A stretch of 63,572 nt of DNA, filler included, from Octopus bimaculoides (GCF_001194135.2; 5 parts of 4 records of this genome joined end to end with filler, not necessarily neighbours in it), one strand, 5' to 3'; shown: positions 1 to 13,244, numbered from the whole stretch's first letter. A program made the numbers and translations. Notes: generated by a model from the sequence alone, not told the origin.

Positions 1-39
<39 letters not shown>

Positions 40-431
40 TGTATGGAATATTTATATATGTACATTTACGTGCATGTATGTGACTTTGTAGGAAAGAGAT
101 GTCATAATGAAATTTAAATAAATCTAATTAGAGAAGGAAAATTTCGATTCAAGTCCTTTTTTCCTTCTTGCTTTTATTTTTCATTTTTATTTCATATCTA
201 AAATTTTCAAACTATGTTTCATAAAACGAAATCATCAGGCTCTTGTTTAATCTGAAAAAGGAAAAAAATTAAGGTTGAATCAAAATTTCAATTTAAAATC
301 GATACTGAATTCAGAAAAGAAAAAATATACCCTTCAATTTTAACGATTAGAATTGAGTTTGCAGTTTATTTATTTATTTATTTATTTATTTATTTTCTAT
401 TATATTTATTTATTGGTTTATTTATAATTAA

Positions 432-640
432 AGGGAGTGAGCAGACAGAATCGATACCACGCCGTACAAAATGCTTCGTGGCATTTCTTCCGGCTCTTTG
501 CGTTACGAGTTCAGATGTCGACTTTACCTTTCATCTTTTTGGAGTCAATAAAATAAATACCAGTTGAGGATTGGGGACAATGTAATCGATTTGACCCCTG
601 ACCTTAAAATTGCTGGTCTTGTATCAAAATTTGAAACCAT
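432..640 (+). mobile_element. Decayed SINE family A
   Basis: gtcgactttacctttcatc...aaataaataccagttgag resembles the family body. Confidence 0.6.
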
Positions 641-644
641 TATG

Positions 645-1640
645 TTTTTTGTTGTTGCTTTTCCAAGTTTCGCATAGAGATTTCAAGAAACAGTATGTTG
701 GAAGTTTAACAGTATGTGTTATTCAATATTAACAGTGACATATTGCACAGAAAGGGAACCCATACTAAGAAGATTTCGTTCAATAATGTTTAAAAGTATC
801 AAGTACTCTCAGGTTGACGGTGTTTCTTTTTTCTTTTAAGAAATGCGTTATACTCATGAAAACAATTTTTTTTTTTTTTGTTCTGATTCTTTTTGGTTTC
901 CTTGTAATTATTTGACCATAGTGTTTATGAGTACTATTTGGTATTGTCCCCAAAACACCGGTCATCACTGGTACAGTAGTCATTCTTTAATGACATTTTT
1001 TAGACCTTTCCTTCGTGGTCCTTTCGTTTACTTAACTTTATAAATGCTGCATTCTACTGGGATTGACATATCTATGTGCAAAATTGTTTTGTCAATGTGA
1101 TCTTTCACCACAGTATCTGGTCTATTAGCCTGAATAGCTCGATCAGTTGGAATTCTAAATTTCCAAAAAGCGGTGATGTCTTTCTTTTTTAGTATTTTTG
1201 CAGGTTTATGGTCTCACCAGTTCTTATGTGGGAGTTCAAACTAACGGTTGTATGGTCCCGCGCAAATATTGGCCAAGTCTATCATGGCAATTAGTATAAT
1301 CATTTCAGGCTATCATAGAGTAACCAGAGATGAGGTGGTCCATTGTTTCTCTCGTTGTACCACAAAAGCAGCAGGTAATATAAGCACCGTATTTAAGAAA
1401 GTTGGTTTAGTAGTCACTAGTGGAGGGATACTGCTTCTGATTGTAGCCAACCATTGATCGGTCATGCTTGTATTAATATCAGGATCGTTAGCCAATATAG
1501 GGAATTTTATATGTAATGTCTTATTTTCCCATCACTTACGCAGCTCTGACTTTGCGTGAGCTTTACTTCTTTTGCTTTCACAGTGGGATCTTCTGTTTCA
1601 TTTAGTTGCACCTCAGTCTCGGTGATCTTTAATTCCTTTA
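645..1640 (-). mobile_element. Decayed R4/Dong-type (RLE) non-LTR retrotransposon, 3' part
   Basis: Frameshifted minus-strand peptides: WENKTLH, CGTTRETMDHLISG, HDRLGQYL, FRIPTDRAIQANRPDTVVKD (CCHC knuckle plus PD endonuclease region). Confidence 0.8.
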
Positions 1641-1645
1641 TATAT

Positions 1646-1753
1646 TTCTTCTTCTTCTTCTTCTTCTTCTTCTTCTTCTTCTTCTTCTTCTTCTTCTTCT
1701 TCTTCTTCTTCTTCTTCTTCTTCTTCTTCTTCTTCTTCTTCTTCTTCTTCTTC
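1646..1753. repeat. (CTT)n microsatellite
   Basis: Pure trinucleotide run. Confidence 0.97.
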
Positions 1754-1804
1754 TACTTCGTCGTCGTCATTTGGATTATTATTATCATTATCCTTCGTAA
1801 CTCA

Positions 1805-4085
1805 GTGTAGGTAAAAATGCAGTGGAGTCTTTAGTCATTTGTCAAGTCACAACAATGACCTCAGACACATAATACTTTCCTTAGAATGTGCGCTGTGCCC
1901 AAGAAGGCTGCTTTTTGCAAGACATCAATCTTGCATGAGATTTCCACTGGTATCACATTTACATTACCCTCTCGCATTCCATACAGTCTTGCCATTTCCA
2001 TTTTCAATTCGGAGTACTTGATAATTTTTTTCAACCTTTTTACTCATAACATTCATGTCATTTGGTATGGCTACATCAGTGATCTGACAGTATTTGTCTC
2101 TTATTCAATATGACAATATTCGGCCGACGGTGTTCGATTACACGATCCGTCTGAAAATCATGGTCCCTGAGTATCGTAACTTTTCCATCCTCCTCCATAA
2201 CTTTACTTGGTACATGCTCATACCAGTTCTCTGTTACTTCAAATTGGTATTTACTGCATAAGAGCCAATGAAGATACACAAACACTTTATCGTGGCGGCC
2301 CTTGTATTCTTTTTGTGCAAGGCTCTCACATCCACCTAACAGGTGGGTCACATTTACCACTCTCTTTCCACAGAGCCTGCATTTCTGGGTGTCAGAATTT
2401 TCATAGATGTTATCCTTCACTGAATTGGTAACGAGAGCCTGGTCTTGTGCAGCAATGATCAGGCTTTCGGTGGTACGCTTCAAATCACCTCGCTCAAACC
2501 ATGCCCAAGATGTTGTATTATCCTTAACGTCTTGTGTATTCCTTTCAAACTGTCCATGCATTCTCATTTCAAAAGGGTCCTCTTTTCTCTTCTCAGCTCT
2601 TTGGTTAAACTCTTCCTTGCCCATCATTTCATCTGCATTTACACCCATATCTTTCGTGGCATATTACAGTAGGTCTTCATCACTATTTTTCAAATACTCG
2701 GCAAGCGTTCTTCTTTCACTCCTTATACAATGCTCTATACTAATTAGTCCTCTTTTCATATAGTCTGTTTATGTTTGCTTTAGGGTGTAGCGCCCCATGC
2801 AGCAGCATCAACTTTCTCGTTCATCTATCCAGTGTTATTTCCTCCTTAGTCCATTTGAGGATGGACGCACTATATCTGACCACCGCAACTGCCCAGATAT
2901 TCATTGCGGTAATCAAATTTTGGCATTCAGATTGGATTTCAACACCATCTTCACCCTTTTTTGATGCGCCTCGCTGACATTGACTTTCATTTCTCTGTGT
3001 AGAATGTCATCCAGCTCCAAAATCCCTAAATATCTATACCCACTACCGTCGGGTTCACCCATGGTCTCTGCTGATAGTAACCGCAATCCTCTGCAGGCTG
3101 CTTTCCTCCCTCATTCCATATTGAGTACTGAGCATTTGGTGATCCCAAATTCCATATCGATGTCCCTACCTCACTTCTGGACTGTTTTGGTTAAGGAATC
3201 TATCTGTTTTTCAGATTTCCCAAACAGTTTCAGGTCATCCATAAACAGATGGTTCAATGATGGGCCTTTCTTCCCACATCGGTAAACCATCTTAACTTTC
3301 CTAAGTGTCATTGTTATGGTTATTAGTGCAATTACAGAAAGTTACGGAGAAAACGAGTCACCTTGGAAAATTACTCTTTTAATATTAATTTCTCCAAGGA
3401 ATACATTACATGAGTACAATTTGATTTTTCACTCTTNNNNNNNNNNNNNNNNNNNNNNNNNNNNNNNNNNNNNNNNNNNNNNNNNNNNNNNNNNNNNNNN
3501 NNNNNNNNNNNNNNNNNNNNNNNNNNNNNNNNNNNNNNNNNNNNNNNNNNNNNNNNNNNNNNNNNNNNNNNNNNNNNNNNNNNNNNNNNNNNNNNNNNNN
3601 NNNNNNNNNNNNNNNNNNNNNNNNNNNNNNNNNNNNNNNNNNNNNNNNNNNNNNNCAGGTGATCCTTGGTACCCTGAGAACTCTTCTTACATCTTTTTTG
3701 TTCCCTTGGTAGTATTTCTTCCTGCGCCAGGAAAGTGCATGACTTTGCCGTACATATTCCAGTAAGGATCTTCTAGATTATGTTTAGGCATGCAATGGGA
3801 CGGTAGTTTCCCACAATATTTCCCTTTCTTCAATCTTTCATTACAAGTGTTGTCTTCCCAGTCACCATCCACGCGGGGACTGTACGTTTCTGAACACACT
3901 CATTCAGTTGGGCTGCTAGTCTTTCATGCATCGCGTGGCATCTCTTCAGCCAGAAGCCATGAAACCCATCTGGTCCGGGGGCTTTCCAGTTTGGCACTTT
4001 ACCCACTTGTTTTTTCACATCACCCGTGCTTATGATAATATTCCTTTGTTTCTTTCCTTTTTGTAATTCTGTCTTGATAATTCCT
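1805..4085 (-). mobile_element. 5'-truncated R4/Dong-type (RLE) LINE with RT, CCHC knuckle and endonuclease; contains an N gap
   Basis: WKAPGPDG (ORF 3830-4123), IFQGDSFSP and NHLFMDDLKLF RT motifs, CRLC...THLLGGC...RHD knuckle (ORF 2076-2648), LQKAAFLGTAHILRKVL with stop at 1861-1863. Confidence 0.92.
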
Positions 4086-4090
4086 ATCCA

Positions 4091-4123
<33 letters not shown>

Positions 4124-6180
4124 TATTATTATTATTATTAGGGATGCTTTCCCCTACGACATGGAACTACTAATGTAAAAGCCACCAACAGACTTTTAAA
4201 GGGGTTCACAACAGACTTTTAAAGGGTTGTTTGAATGTCTGTGGCCTAGGATCGTCCTGGAAGCAAGGTCATTTGCTCAATGACCTTAAGTCGCTAAGGT
4301 TGGCTGTTATAGCCACCAGTTAGACCAGGTTTTCTGATACGCGCACACTGGCCCGTTTTTTTACGCATCTGTGGCTCGACCTGAAATGAGACGTGGGGTT
4401 GCAATACCGCCATTCTCTATTTAAATTAAATGCTTTTCGAGTGATGCCAAATATTTTGGTTTTTCATTTCCTATTTTAATGTGTGTGTGTGTGTGCGTCT
4501 ATCTGTCTGTCTGACTAAAAAGTTACTTTATATTTTTATTTCTTACCTTATACATATTAATTACAACTATGTTTACATGTTCCCATATTTTTTAATAACA
4601 TTTTCATGAATGCGGCAGTCTTATATAAAACTCAGCTCAATGCAACCTTCGAATATATCAAACAGAAGGTGCCTCCTTTTGGTCTACACCTTAAATATTT
4701 CTGATCTCAGCATGACCACCTTACTAATGACTGAAAGAATTAAAACAACATGACATTGTACACATGACCTAGTTCGTGGTCTTTCCACCTATGATGATAT
4801 CCCAGCTTTCTTTGCTTCTTTTCTTTTCTTTTCTTTTTCCTTTTTTTTTTTTTTTTCGTCAGGCAAAACTGCTAGAATATATAAACCGGAGAGACTTATG
4901 CTGAATATGTTTCACCGATTAGTATCAGGTTCAATTCCTCTACGCAGTGCATTAGAACGCCTTCTCCTGTAGAATCGAGTTGATCAGTATTTTGTGACCA
5001 GAATTAGGTTTACGTAAACCCATGTTTACGTAAGCGATGACATGTATGTATGTATGTATGTATGTATGCTTGAAAATCCTAACTTCTTTAGATTGTAGCT
5101 TAGAAATTTTCTAACCTAACCAAACGCACCAACGATTTTTGGTATGAGTGCAAATTTATTAGCAGGGTAGAGGATTTGTAGGTTTCAAAGCAATTGCCCA
5201 ATGATATTCTCCTCGATCATTTTGGAAGAGATGTTTACATTAGTAAGGCAACTTATCTCTATGACTGTATATGACTTTTATTTTCTATCCCAAATAATTA
5301 TGCCAGATTGGTTATGTTTGCACTTCGTAGAAATCTCAGTTTTCTTTTCCATCAATATTCCGTATGCTGATACGTATTCCTCAGCAGAAATGTTGTTTAT
5401 ATTTGTCACAGAGTAGTCTTTCTACATCATGTTGTAGTAGAAAGTAAAGTGTTTCTGTTTCAGGCCTTTGCGGCAATATGCGAGCCCTGCATTTCTGGGT
5501 TCGTAAAGGTTATCAAGGTGTAAATGTTTCTTGAGGAGTTCACTGCTGACCAGCAGGATTTTGCTCACTTCATTTTACAGCGCTTAGTTGATATATTTAT
5601 TTTCGCTGCAATGGTTTAGCAACTACTGTCTGTGTGATATCATACTTGATATATTAATATCAGGAACAATTCTACTTTATTTACAAATGTGAGGATTATG
5701 GCCAATTTTTCATGAGCTTTTCAATTGCAGCAATTAAGGCTGCAGGTACTTTTGCCATCTGTAAACTTCAGTTGCCATTAGTTGAGAATAAAATCAAACA
5801 CCAATCTGTAATCAAATCACATTATTGCAAGTTTCTTGTGGAGTTGTATTACTTCAAACAGTACAACTTTATTTAACCAAAAGTTGTACGGCGCACCCCA
5901 CACTCTTTCCACCTGCCTAATCGTCAGTGATTATATCGTTAGACTCGCAATGATCTTTGAAGAATTGGTTCAAGCAGCGGGTGTACAATTTTTACATAGC
6001 GTTAAAGCAGGTTATAGGGCTAGAGCTTTCTGTTGAAGCAGTGTTTTCGTTATTGGCTACAAAATTAAAATCATACTACATACAAACAAATGCATACAAA
6101 AATAGGGATTAATGTATAATTTTTTTCTATTTTCATAATTTTTTGTTTACAATATTGAAAAAATATGCCACCACAAAGTC

Positions 6181-6356
6181 GCAGGAGTGGCTGTGTGGTA
6201 AGGAACTTGCTTACCAACCACATGGTTCTGAGTTCAGTCCCACTACGTGGCACCTTCGGCAAGTGTCTTTTACTATAGCCTCGGGCCGACCAAAGCCTTG
6301 TGAGTAGATTTGGTAGACGGAAACTGAAAGAAGCCCGTCATATATATGTATATGTG

Positions 6357-6421
<65 letters not shown>

Positions 6422-6640
6422 GTGTGTTTGTGTGTCTGTGTTTGTCCCCAACATCGCTTGACAACCGATGCTGGTGTGCTTACGTCCCCGTAACTTAGCG
6501 GTTCAGAAAAATAGACCGATATAATAAGTACTAGGCTTACAAAGAATAAGTCCTGGGGTCAATTTGCTCGACTAAAGGCGGTGCTCCAGCATGGCCGCTG
6601 TCAAATGACTGAAACAAGTAAAAGAGTAAAAGAGTAAAGA
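6181..6640 (+). mobile_element. Bipartite SINE family B (tRNA head, internal TA/TG microsatellite, 3' module ending in (gagtaaaa)n)
   Basis: A box TGGCTGTGTGG, B-box-like GAGTTCAGTCCC. The same two-part layout recurs at 14931, 41686, 55111 and 60355. Confidence 0.9.
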
Positions 6641-6644
6641 GTAA

Positions 6645-7295
6645 AGAAAAGACGTAATCTCTCAAGAAACAAGTATAAAGCAAAGAGGATTGTAGAAAAC
6701 CGAAGACGAGAGTCTGAAGAGAGAAGCGAGATGAGATTTTCTCAAGATCAGCAAAGGCATGCTGCAGCACGTCAGACGGAGTCTGAAGAGAGAAGGGAGA
6801 TGAGACTTTACCAAGATTAGCAAATGCATGCTGCAGCACTTAATGCTGGATCATTAAATCAATGTTTTAATGATTAGACAGAGATCCAATGGAATAGCTC
6901 TCAGAAACAGACTAGGTATAAATTCGTTCTTCACAACTCCTGAAGCTGTTTTCAGATACGATCCATCCCATTCTTATAAAAATGAGCATGTGCTGCTCAG
7001 GCGGTCAGGTAACATTGCCAGCACTACCAGCTCCTTCTCAACCTCTTATGGATCTTCTATAAGGCACTTCCATGCAGTCAAAGAATTTTCTGAGGAATAT
7101 CACACAATAAAACTTTGCATTTCAAATGACATCGTTTATTGCATCTAAGAAGATAGTTAAACATGAATTTACGCCGACGTCAAATTCAAGGGCAAGTCTA
7201 TCACCTCATTGGTTCCCTGTTACACACAAATGAACAACTACAGTTCCTCCAAATTTACTTTATGAGTGATGCAGGACAACAAATTCTCAGATGAT
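6645..7295 (+). mobile_element. Helitron Rep N-terminal fragment (decayed)
   Basis: Translation across stops and frameshifts gives repeated ESEERREMR units, then MCCSGGQVTLP..P..PL, FQMTSF, KIQGQVYHLIGSL and FLQIYF, typical of Helitron RepHel N-termini. Confidence 0.85.
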
Positions 7296-7591
7296 GGGTC
7301 GTGTTAGACACAGTACCGACTACTGCAAAAGAGAGTATATCCACTAACAGATTTTCGGTGCGTTCAAAAATCACATAACCCCCACCCCAACTTTCAATGA
7401 CAGGTTAGGGCCTGAAATACTCCAAACGGACGCATAGCATGTTGCTTAGTCGAAATAACCCATCATTTACTCCACAAATGTTTTGTTGTCAATGCTGCAT
7501 TTCTCCGTATCACCTGTTTCAACATAATTGTAATATATCATATACAAACTATGCCATTTTAATCCCGAGGAACGCTGGGTATCTCTGCTAG

Positions 7592-7649
<58 letters not shown>

Positions 7650-7867
7650 GTGCACCCTTTTAAAGCCTAGTCAGGCTCATGGGCCCGGTTTCGCGGTTTC
7701 AATGGCGTATGTGTTCCCCAGNNNNNNNNNNNNNNNNNNNNNNNNNNNNNNNNNNNNNNNNNNNNNNNNNNNNNNNNNNNNNNNNNNNNNNNNNNNNNNN
7801 NNNNNNNNNNNNNNNNNNNNNNNNNNNNNNNNNNNNNNNNNNNNNNNNNNNNNNNNACATACATACA

Positions 7868-7901
<34 letters not shown>

Positions 7902-8238
7902 CATATATATATATATGTGCGAGTAAAAATAAATACAAAAAGGTGGGTTTTTTGTATGATTGTGTATAGAGGAATATATTATTTTGTTTAAAAGAGTTCC
8001 AACACTGTTTGCTTTTTATGTTTTATTTATATTCCTGCAGAACCAATGTGGGGTATAGAATATGGAATATACAATATATAATATAATATACAATATATAA
8101 TATAAAATAAAATAAAATAAAAATGGATGGCACCATGAAAGAAAGTATTGAATTGTTTTATTTATTTATTTGATCATTACTATTGAGTGTTCAATATAAA
8201 GGATCAAATATATAAATATATAAATATAAATATATAAA

Positions 8239-8278
8239 GGCGACTCGAGTTTCAGGGCTATTTCCCTTCGTCATGGCC
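8239..8278 (-). ncRNA. Hammerhead-like motif, second family, core variant
   Basis: Minus strand reads GGC-C-AUGACGA-AGGG-aaauag-CCCU-GAAAC-UCGA-GUC-GCC. Palindromic stem III ACUCGAGU; an extra A interrupts C3-U4. Confidence 0.45.
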
Positions 8279-8842
8279 GGTATGACATGTATGTATATAT
8301 AATGCCGCAAAGTATTTTTGCCAACGCTTTTACGATTCTGCCACCTCACCGTCTTGTTGCCCTAAAAGCAACAGCCGATTATGTACTTGACTGGTATATC
8401 ATTTTATTCTGGAAGGATACCAGATAAAATTGAGCTCGATGGTATTTGAGCTTGGAATGGGAAGGAACATTCAAAGAATAATCACCTGAAGCTATGCTGT
8501 TAGTCAGTCACCATTTTGCTAATCCAAATTCAGATAACATTGATTTTAAACATAGGCAAAATGATAGCTATTGTTTGTGTAGCGTAAGTGGACAATTGAT
8601 TACATCGTGTCAAGTTCATGACAAGTACTTGCTTGCCTCAAACTCAAACAAAACGACAAAATCATATGGCATATTTTAACAAAATTCCCTCATCTCTGGA
8701 GAGTGATTTCATAGACAATGTCTTTTATGGTTTGTTCCCGTTTCGTTCTAAGACAACTTTTTTTATCATAAGCATAGTTTTACACGTTATGACTATTCTA
8801 ACTTTCATTTGGGAGTAAGACTTTTATTTAGGAGTAAGGAGT

Positions 8843-9000
8843 CATTATTTACATTATTTACATTCGGCAGATATTTGTCCCCATCTTGTTTGTTGTTAAC
8901 ACAACGTTTCGGCTGATATGCCCTCCAGCCTTCTTCAGGTGTCTTGGGAAAATTTCGAACCTGGGTTCTCATTCCTAAGGTATTTTTCGATCTTATTATG

Positions 9001-9056
<56 letters not shown>

Positions 9057-9290
9057 CATTATTATTACAGCCGAAACGTTGTGTTAACAACAAACAAGAT
9101 GAGGACAAATATCCGTCGAATGTAAATAATGTAAATAATGTACATAATTCCCCATCTCTTGAATATAGAACTGCAAGACTATATTTTGCTATTATTTCTA
9201 GAAGATCGAGCAACCATGTAAAGGCTTTCCTGTTAGCTTGTTCTTGATGTTTGCCTGGATCAGCGATAATCAAAGAGACTTCTCGCTAAA
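8843..9290. mobile_element. Penelope-like terminal-repeat pair in inverted orientation around (ATT)n
   Basis: 8843-8915 and 9068-9140 are reverse complements (about 95% identical). The same repeat occurs at 48020-48152 and carries the hammerhead motif. Confidence 0.65.
8899..8942 (-). ncRNA. Minimal type I hammerhead ribozyme motif (same family as 48053)
   Basis: Minus strand reads ACAC-CUGAAGA-A-GGCUG-gagggcauau-CAGCC-GAAAC-GUU-GUGU. Core is intact; stems are the same as in the 48053 copy while the loop differs. Confidence 0.68.
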
Positions 9291-9869
9291 GCTGCTCATG
9301 ACTATCCTGTCATTTCTGTTTCCAGATTTATCTTTTATCTATTTTTTTCTTATTGGACTCTAGCGTGTGATATGAGAGAGGTTCAGCCGAGATTTCTAGC
9401 ATATCAAGCAACAATGTAGAAGGCTTCCAGCTTAAATGTTGTTTTCCTTGTTCCTGTTCATGTCACCGTTAACATTTATTAACAACCATAATGAGTGTGG
9501 CGAATAAACGTAAATATCCTCATAAAGCTCTCGGTATTCATGAACATCCTAAGCACTAGAAACATCCTAAACATTAGATATCTAGAAAATAAGAGCAACA
9601 AAGACATTTGAACCAAAAGCATATTCATAAGTCACAAAATAGGGAGCCGTATATAGAGATGAGTAGGTCATACATTGAGGCGACGTATGCTTGAGAAAAG
9701 AAGGACTGGAACCCAAAGGAGAAAGAGGGGCATGCAGCCCGAAACTTATCTGCCTGAGATCAGAAGAACAGAAAATAACAGAGATGACTTGAAAACAAGA
9801 GAAAATGAAAAAAAGCACAGAAAAGAACGCCTCAGGAAGCAGTTTTGGCAAGAATCCAAACAATTCCTA

Positions 9870-9903
<34 letters not shown>

Positions 9904-10731
9904 CGACGACGACGATGATAGCGAATATGGTGATGGCCACCATCATCTTCGTCGATGGCATCGTCATCGTCGCTGTTGTCATTATCATCGTGATCATATT
10001 GAGCAGAATCTTAATCATCACTTATTCATTTACAAGTTTTAGTCAATTGACTGTCGCCATGATGGAGCGTCACATTCTGGCACAAATAAACCAGATCAAG
10101 AAATATTTACTTCGGAAGAAGCTGAAAAGGTTTGAGTTGATAACTCAAAGGGACTTATCCAAAAACCGCAATATCAAGCAAATTATATAGCGGTGGAATG
10201 GCAAAATCGGAAAAGCGTCGGACAAAATTTCTGTGGTATTTCGTCACTCAGCTTCTACGATCAGATCTTGCTGAGATCAATATTGCCAGTCAAAGGTGAT
10301 CGATAAAATAAAGTTCTGGATAAATACTGTGACCGGTTTAATATCTCTACAAAGAATTTTAGACGTGGATGAGCCTATAATAGACGAAAATGAACAAGAA
10401 GGTACCCGAAGAAGGCCGAAAGATACACCAGTCGAAATGCTGGGGCTAAAACAACTAAGATGCAGACTTGATTGTTATAATCATTAGTGTAAAATAATGA
10501 GAAACAAAAATCTACCATCCATTCGCTATTCTCATTTTGATTTCGTTTTTTTCTTTTTTTTTCTTTTTGTTTTATCTACCAGTACCATCCCGATTTCCAT
10601 CGTCACCACCAACACCACTAAATCTAGATTCTGGAATTATAACTATGTTTTCTCTCTTAAAATTAACGAATATCTGACAAAATTCAAAAATAGATTAAAT
10701 AGGAGTGTATTTTTTATTCTTTTCCCTAGTT

Positions 10732-10777
<46 letters not shown>

Positions 10778-10787
10778 NNNNNNNNNN

Positions 10788-10830
<43 letters not shown>

Positions 10831-10896
10831 CCCTTCCATTCACACTTCAATCTGAAGCCAGCCACTTATTGTTTGGAAATTGTTTTATTTATTTGA

Positions 10897-10963
<67 letters not shown>

Positions 10964-11294
10964 TGTTGTAGTTTTTATTTTTTAGTCTCAGAGAAAGACA
11001 AAAAATTGGCAACATTTTATTAGCGTGAAACGAAGAAGAAGAAGAAGAAGAAGAAGAAGAAGAAGAAGAAGNNNNNNNNNNNNNNNNNNNNNNNNNNNNN
11101 NNNNNNNNNNNNNNNNNNNNNNNNNNNNNNNNNNNNNNNNNNNNNNNNNNNNNNNNNNNNNNNNNNNNNNNNNNNNNNNNNNNNNNNNNNNNNNNNNNNN
11201 NNNNNNNNNNNNNNNNNNNNNNNNNNNNNNNNNNNNNNNNNNNNNNNNNNNNNNNNNNNNNNNNNNNNNNNNNNNNNNNNNNNNNNNNNNNNNC

Positions 11295-12079
11295 CAACAG
11301 AGCCATACAAATGCAACCAAATACCGTTCAACTAGCCAATAAGCTAATCAGCCAACATAGCCAAATGAATCCAATTCAACCAATCACCCAACCAGCCAAT
11401 CTGACCAACCTACCAGCTAGCTAGCCAACCACTCAATTAGCCTAGTTTTCTGCCAGCCAACAAGCCAAGTCAATCCAGCTCAACCATTTTTTGCCTATCG
11501 ACCCCTTTGATTCCTATTTTACTCAGGTCGAGAAGCCATTCCATGTTTAAAAAGTCCCATTATATTTTTATAATTAAATATTAGTAGGAATTATATTTTT
11601 TTAACAATAAAATATTATATGGAGCCCCAAGGATCATATGGACCCCGATTGAGAACTACTGCCCAATCAACAAAACTAGTCAAACCAGTAAGCCAACCAT
11701 TACAGCTAAAGAGAGCTAAAGCAATACTGGACAACCAACCATCCCAAAAGAAGCAACTTAATCAACCAGCCAACCAGCCAACCAACACAGATAACTAGCC
11801 TGCTCGACCAACCAACGCAGCTAAATATGAACCATCCCATCCAATCAGTCAACAGAAGAGCCAACGACTAGAACATCGATGTGATCGTCCGACTTGCTAG
11901 AAATAGCAAACCGAATGTATCTTAAATTAGCCCACCTGAACCGCTTTAAAGATGAACGCATTGAATGTAGAAAAAAAAGATGGGTTGACGACGGCTGGAA
12001 TACTTTTGATCATTTGCCAGCTCCATCGGCGACGATCTGTTACTAAACAACAACAACTACTACTAGTATTAGTAGTAAT

Positions 12080-12143
<64 letters not shown>

Positions 12144-12340
12144 ATCAGTGCGGCCTAAAATCCAGCGAGCTAGCCAACCAGCCAACAAACCAGCAATTCA
12201 AACTTAACCAGCCAGCCAGCACAGCTAAACCAATTTTAACCAGCTTGCCAACCAGCCGACCAGCCAACAAGACAATCAGCCAGCCAGCCGACAAACCAGC
12301 CAGCTTAACGCTGCCAGACCAACCCCAGCCAGACAGCCAG
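11295..12340. repeat. Degenerate (CAGC/CAAC)n-derived low-complexity region
   Basis: Strand-biased ccaa/cagc units, interrupted by a MITE-like fragment at about 11520-11670 and CAG/TAG runs. Confidence 0.7.
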
Positions 12341-13174
12341 CATGCTTGTTCGGCAGACCGTGACTTGGAGCGAGTAATATTGAGAAATAGCGGCCAAGTT
12401 CGATGATCAATGATTTGGAAGCTTAGGGAACTATGCGTGAAAGGCAGCCAAGAAGAGATGAATGGCAGGCATACATCATAGAGATGCAAGCAGAGGAAAT
12501 AACGTGGCGGCAGCGATGTTGTTTTCCCCCACCACCAACCCTTATTCCACCCGCCACCGTTTATCTCCCTTTCATTCGCTCATTCACTTTCTTTTTCACA
12601 GACCCATTATCTCTCTCTCTCTCTCTTACTCTCTCTCTCTCACTCTCTCTCTCTCACTCTCTCACTCTCTCACTCTCTCTCTCTCACTCTCTCTCTCTCT
12701 CCCTCAGATATGTATCTTTCTTACTCTCTCTCTCTCTCTCTCACTCTCCATATTTATCTGTAGATCTTGTCTCGTCTCTATACTCTACTTCTATCTCTCT
12801 CAGTGTCTGTCTCTCCCCTCTCTGTGTTTGTGAACCATCAATCGGTCACAAGTTCATATTGGTAGAAATCAGAAGCAAGCGCTTGAGACCAGGTACATAT
12901 TTCATTCAATGATGGGTCCATTCGCTATGTAAAAGCTCGCTTACACACGCATCCGCCCGCCTCCTACCTTTCTATCTGTATGTGGTGTTATAATCTTCAG
13001 AGGTGTATGCGTGTGTGTTCATGAGTGTGTTTTTGCTTGTGTGTGTGTGTGTGTGTGTGTGTGTTCTAGTGCAGAATATGTGTCTATTTTTATTGGCATA
13101 CACATACATGAGCACGCACATATTAACATACACACAAACACATTAAAGGAAGAACTGTAGTAACCGATTATATA

Positions 13175-13244
<70 letters not shown>

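Noticed and set aside
9700-9755. GGGC-augca-GCCC-GAAAC resembling hammerhead stem II
   Set aside because: No CUGANGA upstream and no stem III or NUH triplet downstream.
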